A stretch of 64,000 nucleotides of DNA from Octopus sinensis (taxonomy: Eukaryota): NCBI RefSeq assembly GCF_006345805.1, contig NC_043001.1, positions 8,928,001 through 8,992,000 on the forward strand. Direction: 5' to 3'. This document shows positions 27,308-40,740 of this stretch, piece after piece. Below the pieces are notes generated by a model. It did no database searches. It was not told where the DNA came from and saw nothing but the letters and a program-made list of their open reading frames with translations. Position 1 is the first letter of the stretch, and each line of letters begins with the position of its first letter. The translations under genes were made by a program, and so were the position numbers.

Positions 27308-27691
27308 GCCAGGCTTCTTTCAGTTTCCGTCTATCAAATCCACCACTCACAAGGTTTGGTTGGCCCAAAGCTATGGGAAAATACACTTGCTCAAGTTGCT
27401 ACGCAGTGGAACTGAACCCGGAACCATGTGGTTGGGATGCAAGACTCTTACCACACAGCCACACCTGCACTATACAGAACAATTACAAGCACAAATCCGA
27501 ATCTACTCTCATGATAGCCCATTTGTCTTTAGTCGGAGTACGAATAATAGCAGAACTGCAACATAAATGAAAGAAAACGTTTCACTTGGATGATATTTTT
27601 AGGAGACGAAGTGGGATAAGGTAGCTAACTGGGCCACAGAAGTGTGACGAAATATTTAGAAATATTAAATAATAACCAATTGCTTAGTATA

Positions 27692-27902
27692 TATTTCTTT
27701 ATTACCCACGAGTGGATAAACACAGGGGAGACAAACAAGAACAGGCAAATGTGTTAAGTCGATTAGATCGACCCCAGTGCGTAACTGGTACTTAATTTAT
27801 CGACTCCGAAAGGATGAAAGGCAAATTCGACCTCGGAGGAATTTGAACTCAGAACGTAAGGGCAGACGAAATACGTGCTAACGTTTCTGCCAGCTCGCCG
27901 CC
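27692..27902 (-). mobile_element. SINE A with small internal deletion
   Basis: TSD ccaa(t/g)tgcttagtata on both sides. Confidence 0.9.
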
Positions 27903-28734
27903 TTCCAAGTGCTTAGTATAACAAAGGTATGCATAGCACACACGGCTAAAATTAATCTTATATATCGTGATTGGTATTCGATGAGTCATGTTTTCAAATC
28001 ACTGCTTAGCGTCATTTCTTAAATGGAGACTGAATTTTTCTGAGCCTGTGATTATTCTGAGCCTTATTTTGAGTCTGTATTGAGTAAATAGAGGGGAGAA
28101 GGTGAGGTGGGGATGCGATTTGAATCGAGTACTAAACACCGAATTGTTTTTATTGCCCGCTGAATAACATCATTCTTACTGAAAATTGTAATAAAATGTT
28201 ATCGTACGCTATGAGTTATATTTTTAGCTTGGATTTCGGATATTTTTAGTAAAATCAATAACACGATTCTGCAGTTCTTTGTTAAAAAGAGGAATTATAT
28301 GTAATAGACAATTATTGTAGGGAATGTTGAATTATGTTCGAATGTCATCCAAAATAATCAGAGATATACAGGATTCGATTAGGTTCTGTTTAATTCTTTA
28401 TTTAGAGATTTATACACAATATTTGTTTGTGTGTCTGTATGTCTATCTGTTCGTCTGCCCGTCTGTGTGTATTAAACGTATTTAAGGCGATTGACTGTTT
28501 AGGAGCCAGGCGTTGCCGAATTCAGGTATTCCTACAGGATACACGTCTTAAAATACAATAAGTAAACGGATAACAATTATTCTAAAGGTTAATTCTGCCA
28601 ATCACCAGAATTCTTTTCACAATGAATAGATTGGAATTATTGTACTTATGTGTGAACAGACTAAAACGCATTTATTGGGTTTTCACCTGTCTATGTTTGT
28701 CAGCTTTATAAATTTATGGTCATACTGAATAAAG

Positions 28735-29190
28735 ATTTTGACACAAGGCTAGCAATATTAAGGAGGGGTTAAGACGATTACATGGACCCCAGTGTTCAAC
28801 TGGTACTTATTTAATTGATTCCGAAACGATGCAAAGCTAAGTTGATCTTGGAAAAATTTGGACTCAGAAAGTAACGAGGATGAAATACCATCAAGCATTT
28901 TTCCCGGCGTGCTATCGATTATTAAGGTCAAACAACTGACAAGCAAATCTGTGGTACTGAACAGAATATTTGTTGTTGCCCATCTTTTATACTAAGACAA
29001 AACAATGTACATGATAACACTTCCAATCAGTTAATCAATGAGAGCCAGCGTCTGATATTGAATATATCCTGAGGTCGACATTGCGTTTCATCAATTTGGG
29101 ATTGATAGAATAAGCACCATTTTGGCTCAATGTAATCGACTTAGCGACTCCCTGAAATTGCTGGCCCTGTGCCAAAATTTGAGACCAATA
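28735..29190. mobile_element. Two old SINE A fragments (28735-28920 minus; 29065-29190 plus)
   Basis: Degenerate A core with the alternative tail. Confidence 0.65.
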
Positions 29191-30094
29191 TTAATACTCA
29201 ACATAGATTCTTCGACTTCGATTTTTTTCTTTCTGTACAATGCATTTTGCTACAGATTCTTTAACCTCAAATAAGGTGAACATCGATACACAGCAAGTTT
29301 CTTTTCCTAATGAAACAGATATTTGAAGACATTACAATAAAGATCATTGGCTTCAAATATCAGTGAAATTCTATTTACAATCACTCTCTGCTATCTTCAA
29401 TATGACGACTACATGGAGCAATCTGCCGTCTTCCTAGTACACAAAACATGGAATAGAGCTGTTAGAACTGGAATGTGTTTGATCATAGGTATCACTTGAA
29501 CAGGGTTGCACAAAGGTTAAACAACATCAACAACAAGGAAAAAATAAATAAATTACTAAACAAGTCGAATAATTGTATTTGAGGGGAGAAATTTATGAGA
29601 AACGGTGAATTTTAAAAATATATTTTAGAAATTTCTTTGGAAATGTCAGTAGTCTGAAAAATATTATTTTTCAGAAAATCCATTTAATGATTTTAAATTA
29701 TTGAACCGGTCTGAGGATGGCGCCAATCGACTTAGATAAATAATGCGTTTAATATAACAGACAGCTCTCATTTTGTGCTTAAAAAATAAGAACGATGTAG
29801 ATTAAGAATTACCTCTTCATGATGTGTATAAATAATATACAGTTTGTTTCCGGTTGAGCTATTTAACTTTGCTTACTTTATGTAACAATGATGTAGAGAC
29901 AACGTTAATATCCTAGAGTTAAATGTACTTTAGCAAAGCGGCAAGTCGTCTTCACACTTAACGAAGTTACATCCGTTGGCGCTGATTCAATGTCCCATTA
30001 AATGTTGCTGGTCATTTTCATTTTTAATATATTAGAAATTTATCCGTAAAATTCGCGAAATTGTTTTCATATACTTTTCTATTCTTCATTTGTT

Positions 30095-30479
30095 TTACTG
30101 TCTTTTCCTTGTTTCAGTCATTTGACTGCGGCCATGCTGGAGCACCGCTTTTAGTCGAGCAACTCGACCCCAGGACTTATTCCTTGTCAGCCTTCTACTT
30201 ATTCTATCGGTTTCTTTTACCGAACCGCTAAGTTACGGGGACGTAAACACACCAACATCTGTTGTCAGGCGATGTTGCGGGGACAAACACAGACACAAAC
30301 ATATACACACACACACACATATATATATATACGACGGGCTTCATTCAGTTTCTGTTTACCAAATCTACTCGCATGGCTTTGGTCTCAGAAGACGCTGCCT
30401 AAGGTGCCACACTCTGAGACCTAACACGCACTCATGTGGTTGCGAAGCGAACTGCTTACCATACAGCTACACCTGCGCC
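30095..30479 (-). mobile_element. SINE B, near full length
   Basis: Matches the other B copies. Confidence 0.9.
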
Positions 30480-31782
30480 TTTATAAAATACATTTTTTTG
30501 TCTTTTCTCAAATAATCTTAATTTTAGACCATATCATGTGATAATTAATAAATATATTAAAACAGAAAATTGGCTTTGCAAATCTAAGACTTCGCACCGA
30601 TCCTATATTTAATTTTGTTTAAATTGTTGTTTGTTAAAATTATAGTGTTGGAAAAGTTATGCAGTAAAACAATTATTAGAACACGACGTTAGAATCTAGG
30701 AAGAGTGGAGAATTATTTTTCTTATGGATATTTGTGTCAACGGCTTTGTGTACGTGAGTAATTCTACGTAATTTGTGTGTTTGCATGTGGCTGATTGCTT
30801 TTGAACTTTTAGAATTGTTTAAAGACAATTTTAGGTTCATTTACTTCTCTTTAGTCATTTAATTTTATCGTTGTTCACCAAAGACACTCCTGTTTTCTAG
30901 CAAGACTTGCCTATAGACAGGATTTGAAACAATTAAGCGATCACATGTTATGATACACCACAACATCTAGCACGTCCGCTGACTCTGTTTTTTTTTTCTT
31001 CTTTACTCTTCTCTCTATACATATCACCTTCTTTCTTTCTCACTTCCTCTCTCACCTCTCTCTCTCTCTCTCTCTTCCGATTACTCACTCTCAGAAACAC
31101 AGCATCTAATAATATCTCCCTTTCTCTTTGCTTCCATTTAGTAATTGTTCTTCTGCATGGATACGAGAATAGTTCATCCAATTTAAAGAGTACAGTTCAC
31201 CTTTTACACAACCCGATGCGTTACCGTTTTAATCTGAATATTGTGCTAATAGCCATTTAACGTAGATTATTTCATTTTCTAGATGGAATCATTGTGTAAA
31301 CCAATAAGAACGGTATTGGTCAACAGAATAGAGCAATCAGTATAAAATGCAACTAACTAACAAATGGATATTCTCATCACTTCTAATAGCTGCATGTGTT
31401 AAAGGCACTGCAAATTAGAGTGCCGAGCACCGATTTGAATCTATTAGCTTAGTTCGTGACGCTAATAGTTAATATACCTCGCTTATTCTAAGTGGAGTAT
31501 TCATGCACAACATTATAATTTAGCTGCAAAGTGCTAATTATCATATTTCATAAAATTCAATAAACAGTCATTATCTGTTTTAAGTAGTACGTAAAGTAAT
31601 TGAAAATGGTTTAATCTGTGAATGAAAAAAAAAATAGAACACACGCGGTTGTCGTCTGCATTATGAGCATCGATGGCCATGTTGTTACTCACCCATTCAC
31701 CGTAGAGACCAGGCTTGGGTAGACGAACTCCCACGCCTTATCACAAACAAATCTTTAGAAAAAGCTCCATAAGACAAATTTC

Positions 31783-32214
31783 GGATCTTTTCGCTTTGAA
31801 CGGCAGTTTTTAACATAATTTCTAAGTAATTAAAAAATTTTAAACTTCGTATACTGGTAGAATGTGTTTATAAAACATCTTTTTCTCTTGGCTTTATTGA
31901 GAAAATTCTATAGTTTGTAAAATATTTCTTGATTTTTTTCTTCAATTTCTGCAATTTCAACCAATCAATTACGTTCATTGAGGTAAAATCATTCTGTGCT
32001 GTATAAATATGCCCCTTGTTTAAGAAACACATTGGGTTTATTTACATTTGTGAAGAAAAAAAGATACTCTTCGCCCAACCTTTAACCCTTGACCTAACTA
32101 ACCCTAACTCTAAAACAGATTGAAATGCAGTAGATCGATACTAGGGTCATAATTATGGGTGAAAATTTCATATAACACACCTAGAAAAAACTGCCGTTCA
32201 AACCGAAACGATCC
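31783..32214. mobile_element. MITE with 29-bp TIRs and 8-bp TSD (Merlin-like)
   Basis: TIR ggatc(t/g)tttcg(c/g)tttgaacggcagttttt; TSD caaatttc at 31775-31782 and 32215-32222. GG termini plus 8-bp TSD fit Merlin; hAT or P not excluded. Confidence 0.88.
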
Positions 32215-32278
32215 CAAATTTCCAGTCAGCTGGTACAACACTTGCGCCTGTGTATTCTACGATAGATACCTTTTTAAG

Positions 32279-32509
32279 ACGGTGAGCTGGCAGAAACGTT
32301 AGCACGCCGGGCGAAATGCGTAGCCGTATTTTGTCTGCCGTTAAGTTCTGAGTTCAAATTCTGCTGAGGTCGACTTTGCCTTTCATCCTTTCGGGGTCGA
32401 TAAATAAAGTACCAGTTACGCACTGGGGTCGATATAATCGACTTAATCCGCTTGTCTGTCCTTGTTTGTTCCCTCTGTGTTTAGCTCCTTGTGGGTAGTA
32501 ATAAAATAG
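32279..32509 (+). mobile_element. SINE A, full length
   Basis: TSD tagatacctttt on both sides. Confidence 0.92.
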
Positions 32510-32634
32510 GTAGATACCTTTTGAGTAATTACAAATCTCGAGAATGAAGAGACTGAACAAAGACCGTTTCAGAATTTCCTTCTTTTTTTGTGGTGGGCGA
32601 GGATTTTATGTAGAATGCAATATTTGTTACTTTA

Positions 32635-32842
32635 TTGGTTTCCAATATTGACACAAGGTCAGTAATTTCCTGGAAGCGGTTAAGTCGATGAGATCGACCC
32701 CAGTGCTCAGCTGGTACATATCGACCCAAAAAACATGAAAGGCAAAGTCTATCTCGGCAGAATTTGAATTCAGAACATAAAGCCGGATGAAGCCGCTCTG
32801 CTCTTTGACCGGCGTGCTAACCACGCCGCCAGCTCACCGCCC
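32635..32842 (-). mobile_element. SINE A, older copy with alternative tail
   Basis: ggcggtgagctggc head and A core; tail ...ccttgtgtcaatattggaaacc. Confidence 0.8.
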
Positions 32843-32984
32843 TCGTTGTTGTTATACTGTTATATTAACTGAGTTATCTTACCCAAATGGTTTGTAAATA
32901 TATTTAAACACACCACGTTACCACACAACCATTATCTGCCTATAACTGATCTACATCTGAACATGGGAAGCCTATCATGCCATT

Positions 32985-33031
<47 letters not shown>

Positions 33032-33828
33032 GATCAAAGCCTATTAACCCGGAACTACCAGGCCAACGTGATGAAAAATGGAGCAGACCCAAAATGCCGA
33101 TTCTGCAACGACATGATTGAAACAGTGGACCACCTAATCTCTGGATGTAAAGTCTTAGCTCCAGTGGAGTATAAATTAAGACATGACAGAGTTGGCCAAT
33201 ATCTCCACTGGCTAATAAGTCGGCATTACAATATCAAAACTGCTGACAAGTGGTATAATCACCACCCTGAGGCTGTAACTAAAGGAGAAAATGTAACCAT
33301 TCTGTGGGACTTTCCAGTACATTCAGACCGAACCATCAAGGCCAATAAACCAGATATTGTTGTGAAAGACCAAAACAATAAAGTTTGCTTATTGATCGAC
33401 ATGAGCATCCCCTGTGATCATAATATCTCAGCGAAAGAGTTTGACAAGCTCAGAAAATATAAAGACCTACTCATTGAATTTGAGAAAATGAGGCATCTGA
33501 AGGCGGTTACAATACCAGTGATCGTAGGAGCACTAGGAATGATCAAGAAGGGAACCGAAAATTATATGAGAATGATCCCTGGCTTACCATCCCTGCAAGA
33601 AGTGCAAAAGATTGTCTTAACTGGTACATCACACGTATTGAGAAGAGCATTGTCGATGTGAGAATTATTACTACACATGTATTTTAATTTAACTTTAAAA
33701 AAAAAAAATGAACGAACTATTGAGTTCAGTTTAATGGCCTACCAATGTATACTATGAGTTTATTTGCCCTAGGAGTCGGGAAGACACTCGGCAAGAAATG
33801 GAAGCAAATTTGAAAGAAGAAAAAAAAG
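33032..33828 (+). mobile_element. 5'-truncated R4/Dong-clade non-LTR retrotransposon (CCHC finger, restriction-like endonuclease, 3' UTR)
   Basis: Open frame 33032-33661: DQSLLTRNYQ, CRFC..ETVDHLISGC, RHD, ILWDF, KPDIVV..LIDMSIP..K..KY, IPVIVGALG; 3' UTR stem-loop ttgcc..gagt..actc.ggcaa; (TAA)n on both sides. Confidence 0.92.
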
Positions 33829-34045
33829 TAATGATAATAATAATAATGAAATTATTGTATACAGTGCTCAGGTGCACCACAACTTGTCAAAAGTGCGTAT
33901 AAAGCATATGCAGTAATGTATAAATGTCTGGAAAGGGAACAGTGTATGAGTCAGATACATGCTTGCGCTTGTATGGAGCGGAGAAAATCAGGTGTAGTGT
34001 TGGTGAATTTCAGGAAGCATGGACATTTGGAAGGATGCAGTGCTT
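33829..34045 (-). mobile_element. Probable CR1-like LINE 3' end with (ATT)n tail
   Basis: Minus strand TASFQMSMLPEIHQHYT* then a UTR ending caataatttcattattattat. Confidence 0.6.
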
Positions 34046-34059
34046 TTCTTAATTTACTC

Positions 34060-35200
34060 ATCATTGAGCAATAAGTACAAATGTTGAAGCTCAGTTTAGG
34101 CACACACATCTTTAGCTACGGCAACTCAAACCTCATCCTCCCAAAAGGATTAGTTGTTAGTTAAATATGGACATCTCAGTGAAAATGAAGAGGAGAAGTG
34201 GCAGTTTTTTGAGGGAGAAGTTATATTCTAGTTGGATGAAATGCTACAACGAACGGCCCTACAATGACAAGGCTGCCTTTGACATCTTGAACGTCGTGTA
34301 GATATTCCTCGACATCTAGCAGATCTAAATTCTTCATTTCGGTTTCTTTTGCCGTAGAGAGTTCACGTTGACTTTTCTAGAGTTTGTAGTTAAATTGGTT
34401 TCTTTCCAGAAAGTTAATCCTTCTATTCTCTGAAATATGCATTCTCTTTCGAACTTTATTTTTACCAACTCGTTATGTGACATACTGTTCATGATCAGAT
34501 CTGATGTTTCTAGTTAATGTACAGCTAGAGAGGTAAATACTGTTTCCAGTGGCTTTAGTACCTCTTCAATGCTTTGGGTGCTACAAGAGATTATCCTATT
34601 CTTTTCTACAAACGTAAATAGCGAGTTTCATCGACAGTCTTATTTGACAATATAGAGACAGATTGCGTGAGACAACCGCGACTGCTGCGTTTTTTAGAAT
34701 ACGGCTATTGATTTTTCTGGAGTTCCTATTCACAGTGTTCGTGTAATGACTGATTCAGTTATATTCGCTGCTTCTCCACATAAATGAATCACCTGACATT
34801 TCTGCCCACTACATTTCGAATTTGGTTGCCAGAACCACACGCGATTACCCTGTAATTCTCTGTCATCCACATCAACTCAAAAATGCAATTTATTTCCCAA
34901 AATTTCTTCCCACATGACAAAACTAGAAATCATATTTTGTTCATGCAATATTTGCGACCCGGTGATTGTATTAATATTATTGCAGCAATTTGGACAATTG
35001 CTCCTACTGAACAAAATGTTTTGTGCTTGTTTTTCTTCATCCTCTCAAAGAGGAAGTAAGCAGCTACGTTTATGAGAATCATTCTCACAATGTTGCAAAG
35101 TTAACCATGTTCAAAAGGAATTCCTGCAACGAAAGTAGAAATAAATAGCAATTAACAACTCACCATTTCTTCCTCTAAATAAAACCCCTTTATTTTTCGT
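34060..35200 (-). mobile_element. Possible ancient hAT (ZMYM/Tip100-like) transposase fossil
   Basis: Scattered remnants (HLCGEAA, IEEVLKPLE) in plausible order; many stops. Confidence 0.25.
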
Positions 35201-35304
35201 GGATATAATAACAATATAATAATGGCAAGACATTTAAATTCGATTAGAGAAAAACAAACTTAACATACATAAATAACACAGCTTCAAAAATATTCTCTCT
35301 AACA

Positions 35305-35329
35305 ATGGCGACGGCGATGATGATGATGG

Positions 35330-35360
<31 letters not shown>

Positions 35361-35365
35361 GGTGG

Positions 35366-35397
<32 letters not shown>

Positions 35398-35594
35398 CTG
35401 GTGGTGATAGTGGTAGTGGTTGTGGCGGCGTTGTTAGTGGTGATGGTGGTGGTGATGGTGGTATTTGGTGGTAGTAATCCATTAGAAATCAAGGTCATGC
35501 ATAATTTTGAAGGAGAAAACAAGTCATTTAGCTGACATAATCCCTTGACATATACTTGAAATTATTTCCCGAAAACGAGGGGACAATGTACAGC

Positions 35595-35674
<80 letters not shown>

Positions 35675-35882
35675 CAACAACAATAATAATAATCTAATAA
35701 TAATAATAATAATAATTATTATTATTATAATAATGATAATAATAATAATAATAATAACAACAACAACAATAATAATAATAATAACAATATGAAGAAGAAG
35801 AAGAAGAACAACAACAACAACAACAAACAATAATAACAAGAAGAAGAAGAAGGATGATGATGATGATGATGGTAATAATAAT
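35305..35882. repeat. Compound trinucleotide repeats: (ATG)/(GTG), then (AAT)/(AAC)/(AAG)/(GAT)
   Basis: Directly visible; source of homopolymeric ORFs. Confidence 0.95.
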
Positions 35883-36109
35883 CGTTTATCATTTACTCGT
35901 TTCATTCGTTAGACTGTGGCCGTTCTTGTGCAATACATTACCGATGATTTAGCCGATTGAATCGATGCTATTAAGTTTTTTAAGCCTAGTACTTTCCCCT
36001 CACAAAGTTTAGGTCGGCCCGCGTTTAGAGCTAACCCAGTTGGAACTCTCTTGAAAACGACCACAGCTGGTCTGCAATTGGGCTTGAGCAAAAACAATGA
36101 CTGGATGAT

Positions 36110-36515
36110 TGTGGTAAGTAGCTTGCTAACCAGCCACATGGTTCCGCGTTCAGTCCCACTGCGTGGCACCTTGGACAAGTGTCTTCTGCTATAGCCCCGG
36201 GCCGACCAATGCCTTGTGAGTGGTGTTGGTAGACGGAAACTGAAAGAACCCTGTCGTATATATGTATATATATATATATGTATATGTATGTACGTGAGTG
36301 TGTGTTTGTGTGTCTGTGTTTGTCCCCTTAGCATTGCTTGACAACCGATGCTGGTGTGTTTACGTCCCCGTCACTTAGCGGTTCGGCAAAAGAGACCGAT
36401 AGAATTAGTAGTGGGCTTACAAAGAATAAGTCCCGGGGTCGATTTGCTCGACTAAAGGCGGTGCTCCAGCATGGCCGCAGTCAAATGACTGAAACAAGTA
36501 AAAGAGTAAAGAGAG
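36110..36515 (+). mobile_element. SINE B, slightly 5'-truncated
   Basis: Matches the other B copies. Confidence 0.92.
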
Positions 36516-36731
36516 ATCATGAATCACTGAAAAAACTCTACTCAGTAAATAAAGAATCATATTTACGCATAATGAAAAAGAGAACACTACTGGTGACTTA
36601 ATATCAACAAGTTACATAAAATGCATAGAATGGAAGGAAAAGCAGGACTTACGACCTTGAAAGTTAGATGGTGGTACAAAACTTTCTCTAGTCATTACTT
36701 GCACCTCACCCTGGAGGTTGATGTACAGTAA

Positions 36732-36963
36732 GGCGGCGAGCTGGCAGAATCGTTAGCACGCCGGGCGAAATGCTTAGCATTATTTTGTCTGCCGCTACGT
36801 TCTGAGTTCAAATTCCGCCGAGGTCGACTTTGCCTTTCATTCTTTCGGGGTCGATTAGATAAGTACCAGTTACGCACTGGAGTCGATATATTCGACTTAA
36901 TCCGTTTGCCTGTCCGTGTTTGTCCTCACAGTGTTTAGCCCCTTGTGGGTAGAAAAGAAATAG
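36732..36963 (+). mobile_element. SINE A, full length
   Basis: Imperfect TSD ttgat(g/a)tacag. Confidence 0.92.
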
Positions 36964-36984
36964 ATTGATATACAGCACTTAGAG

Positions 36985-37750
36985 ATGCTACAGTGGCTGT
37001 GGAGGTCAGGTTTGAAGGCAGAAACAGACAAATTCATTATTGATGCCCAGTACCACAGTCCATATGCAAAAACCTGTTATGCTAACATCCTCAAAAACAA
37101 ACAAGTGCAGAGTCTTGTTTGAACATGACAGTTGAACATCGGCTATATCGAGACCAGACCTGGCTCCAACCGAATACAAAGCTAGGCGCGACAGAATTGA
37201 TCAATATATTCAGTGGTATTTGTCTAACAGCCACGCTAATGGACACACAGAAAGCTGGTGTGAAGACCAACCTAAACGAGTAGTGGAAAGCAACGCCGTT
37301 ACCATCCTTTGGAATTTTACAGTAGATACTGATCGTACAGTTGATACCAACAGCTTAGGAAAAGGCATCAACATATAAATAAGTCACTACCATCTGACAA
37401 AAGTATACCTATTTCTTTACTATCCACAAGGGGCTAAACACAGAAAGGACAAACAAGGACAGACGAACGGATTAATTCGATTATATCGACTCCAGTGCGT
37501 AACAGGTACTTAATTTATCGACCCCGAAAGGATGAAAGGCAAAGTCGACCTCGGCGGTTTTTGAATTCAGAACGTAACGGCAGACGAAATACGGCTACGC
37601 ATTTCGCCCAGCGTGCTAACGATTCTGCCAGCTCGCCGCCTTCAAGAGTATACCTGCCATCTGTCAAAAGTATACCTGGCAAGGACTGATAAATTTGCTA
37701 AGCATAAAGAAATCGTAATAAGCAGTTGTAACACCTGAAGACTGAGAACA
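36985..37750 (+). mobile_element. Degenerate R4/Dong fragment interrupted by SINE A
   Basis: QWLWRSGLKAETDKFII, LAPTEYKARRDRIDQYIQW and VTILWNFTVDTDRT; the latter two align with the 33032 element. Confidence 0.8.
37409..37640 (-). mobile_element. SINE A, full length
   Basis: Flanked by caa(a/g)agtatacct duplications. Confidence 0.92.
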
Positions 37751-37759
37751 AAGGTGAGT

Positions 37760-38225
37760 TGTTACTGGAGACCTAGTAGTATCCAGTTCGTCCGGCTGGA
37801 TCCTCGAACCAGACAGACAAGGCTCATGGATGACATCCAAAATTTATTGCTTGTGGTCTGCTCCTGGGCCTCCCGCCAGATGATTTTTGGCAGCGATTCT
37901 TACCTGAAACATAGTTACTATTTGTCCGTAGTATCGGAGTTGTGATATCTCAGATCAGCAAAGTAGCGGCTCTACCAGGAACGTCACTCTGACATCAGAA
38001 CTACGCAATCTATCGTGTAACGTTACTTGGAAAATCCTTTCGGAGGAACCCCTTTTCCGCCCCTTGTATTTGCGATCGTATTCTTTCAGTTACTACCCAA
38101 GAATCATGACCAGAATTAAGGGTAGCACGAACGCCGAATTTAAGATGGAAAGTTTAGTATTTACACCTAACTACCTTCATCTGATGACCGAATTCACCAG
38201 CTCCTGTAATTCCTGCACTTACTTC
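37760..38225 (-). mobile_element. Degenerate RTE-clade LINE 3' fragment
   Basis: WVVTERIRSQIQ, KGFLR, DRLRSSDVR, VEPLL, SQLRYYG, RPRSRP: RTE C-terminal motifs in the expected order. Confidence 0.7.
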
Positions 38226-38269
38226 AGCCAATAGTGACAAGTATATTATATATATATATGTAGGGTAAA

Positions 38270-38602
38270 TGTCCCCTTTGGTCATCAATGAGCATGATGT
38301 TGCACCTAGAAACTTTCCCTTCGAGGAACAAGTCCAAGCAAGGTTGCTTATGGAAGACCAGCAGTCGCCCATGCATACCAGCCTCCTCTCTCCACGCCAC
38401 CGATGTTATCAGAGGGAAAGGCAGAGGCCAATACAGCTTGGCTCCAGTAAAGTTACAATTCATTTCTACAGTTGACTGAACTGGAGAAATATGAGATAAA
38501 GTGTCTTGCTCAAGAAAACAACACGCAGCCTGGTCCGGGATCGTACCTCACTAAACATGATTGTTAACCCGACGCTTGAACCACTGAAACATGTACCTTC
38601 AC
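38270..38602 (-). mobile_element. SINE family D (tRNA head, tcttgagcaagacact central motif)
   Basis: Degenerate A/B boxes (tcagtggtt; gtacgatcccgg) and a distinct tail. Confidence 0.7.
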
Positions 38603-38924
38603 ACACATTCACACATACACACGCGTACACACACATAAACATACACGCACACACACATATATATATATAGGCAGGCTAGTTGGTGTGATTGTTGGCAGCG
38701 ATCAACACATAGTAATTCATGAGATTATATATATAATAAAATATAAAACACACCATCCAGCGTGCTAACGATTCTGCCAGCTGTCCGCCTTCTTAACAAT
38801 AATAACAATCCGTTCTACTATACGCACAAAGCCTGAAAATTGATGAGACGAGATTAATCGATTTCAGCGACCAAGTGTGCCACTGGTATTTATGTTATCA
38901 ACCGGAACCGATGAAAGGCAAAGT

Positions 38925-39240
38925 TAATGACGCAAAACTTAGATACAGATTATGCAACTTAGAAATGAATCACCTCTATTTAATGGATGATGTAAAGCTT
39001 TTCTCGAAAGATGATCAGCAACGGGGATTGCCTTTTGAATATGGTAAACAGTTCAGTGATGGTATTGGATTGGAGTTCGACCTTGATAATTGTGCAACAC
39101 GCTGAGTTTTCAAGGGAAAATCCTGAAAACGTACAGTATACAGGCAGACATGTCTACCATCTCCAAGGAATTGGATTGTGAAGTAAATTACAAATATCTA
39201 GATTTGTGAAGTGGACGTTACCTAGCACCCACAAATGGCA
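38925..39240 (+). mobile_element. Degenerate R4/Dong reverse transcriptase fragment (domains 5-7)
   Basis: NHLYLMDDVKLF, QFSDGIGLEFDLDNCA and NYKYL match NHLLYMDDLKLY, FSxDIGMxFGLDKC and YKYLG. Confidence 0.8.
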
Positions 39241-39499
39241 TGAACAAGTGCCTAAATGTTATTGCATACGAAAGAAAGAGTGAGAACCATTATAAATGCA
39301 TTAGCTTAATAACGAAATGTAGGTTTAACTGCAGATAATGCCTAGTGAATTGTACCTTCTATTCGAAAGTGCCGGCGGATACATAACCTCTTGATTCAGA
39401 TTGAGCAAAACGAAGAATAAATATGCTGTTGTTTCCTCTGCATTTAAAGATACTTAACATATACTATTTATTTAAATGCATTCGGGTTATTCCCAACGG

Positions 39500-40740
39500 A
39501 AGACTTTACTTATACCACACATATGTATCCTTCCACCTCGGTTGAAATTGTATAGTGCCTTTGCCAGTATTTCCAATTTTCTTTATATTTCCCTTTGTTG
39601 ACTGTTTCTGTTTCCCTACGTGGTATCATCTAAATCCATGTCAAATAGAACTCTTAATAAACAATGGCAATGATAAAATCTCCCCTTATTTATTTCGTTC
39701 TTCCCTGGAACTCTCCTGATGACGTAAGACTATTATGTAGTTTTTTGTGCTCTATCTAATGAAGCCATTGATTTCTTATGTCAGTTTAGTAATCCCATGC
39801 ACAATGTTATCCACAAGTGAAAAAAATAAAGCGTATCTTTTTTGTTGCAATCTGCCAAAGCCAATTCAACGATTACATGACTTCTCTTACAATCATTTGA
39901 TAACATTTTATCTATTAAAACTTGATATTTAATACCTCTACTATTCCTACGAACATTCTTTGTTCCCACGTTTCCTGTTTCAGGAAATAAATACACAATT
40001 ATCTGCAAAAACCAGAGATAATAGTTTCTACATGCACTTCTTAGAAAATCATAATATTAGGCAAAAGTAGTAACAGGCTTCTCCCATTAATGGTGTTTTT
40101 AAGTATAAAATAGTTTTTCAATCTTTGCTATCGTCCAAGAATTTTGACCTATATTCCTTGTGTATTATCCTATTCAGTTCCTCAGATATTCTCCCAATTC
40201 TCTCAAGTAAAGATTTAAATTTCTTTGACGAAAATCCCTTGAATGCTATCAGGACGTGGTACATTTCATATGGGGATTCTACAACCTTCTTATTTAACAT
40301 TTGTTGGCAGCATGCATATATTTTCCTGCTTATTGGTTTTCATATCATTTGTTAGTGACTTTAACCATTTACTTTCCGTATTTTGAATCTTTCTTTCGCT
40401 CCAACTTTTTCTTTAGAACATATTTTCTTGCATATCAAACATGACCTTTCATTCCCATTAAACTAATATAATATCAGTTTCGTATTCATATTGATTATAC
40501 GGTTTTGCCTTGATTCATTCTTTGTTCGTGCATATTTTCAACTTGATTGGTTTCGGTTAAGACTTTTGTTTTAATTCCTCTTTTATTGCTGTTACAAGTG
40601 TCATATTTGTTAGACTTTTCTTTTAAATCAGCGCGATTTTTTAAGAATTTCCGCAGACCATTTCATTGTATTTCAAATAAAATTACTTCATATCTTTGTA
40701 TTCTATAACTCCTTCCATTCTTCTCTTCCACTGTGTTTCT
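39500..40740 (-). mobile_element. Highly degenerate L1/Tx1-like LINE remnant
   Basis: GEILSLPLFI followed by LDDTT resembles QGxPLSPLLF and ADD; A-rich sense strand. Confidence 0.35.

Larger units (their letters stand above)
26470..27470 (-). mobile_element. SINE B split by a ribozyme-bearing element
   Basis: 3' half at 26470-26710 and 5' half at 27300-27470. Confidence 0.8.
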
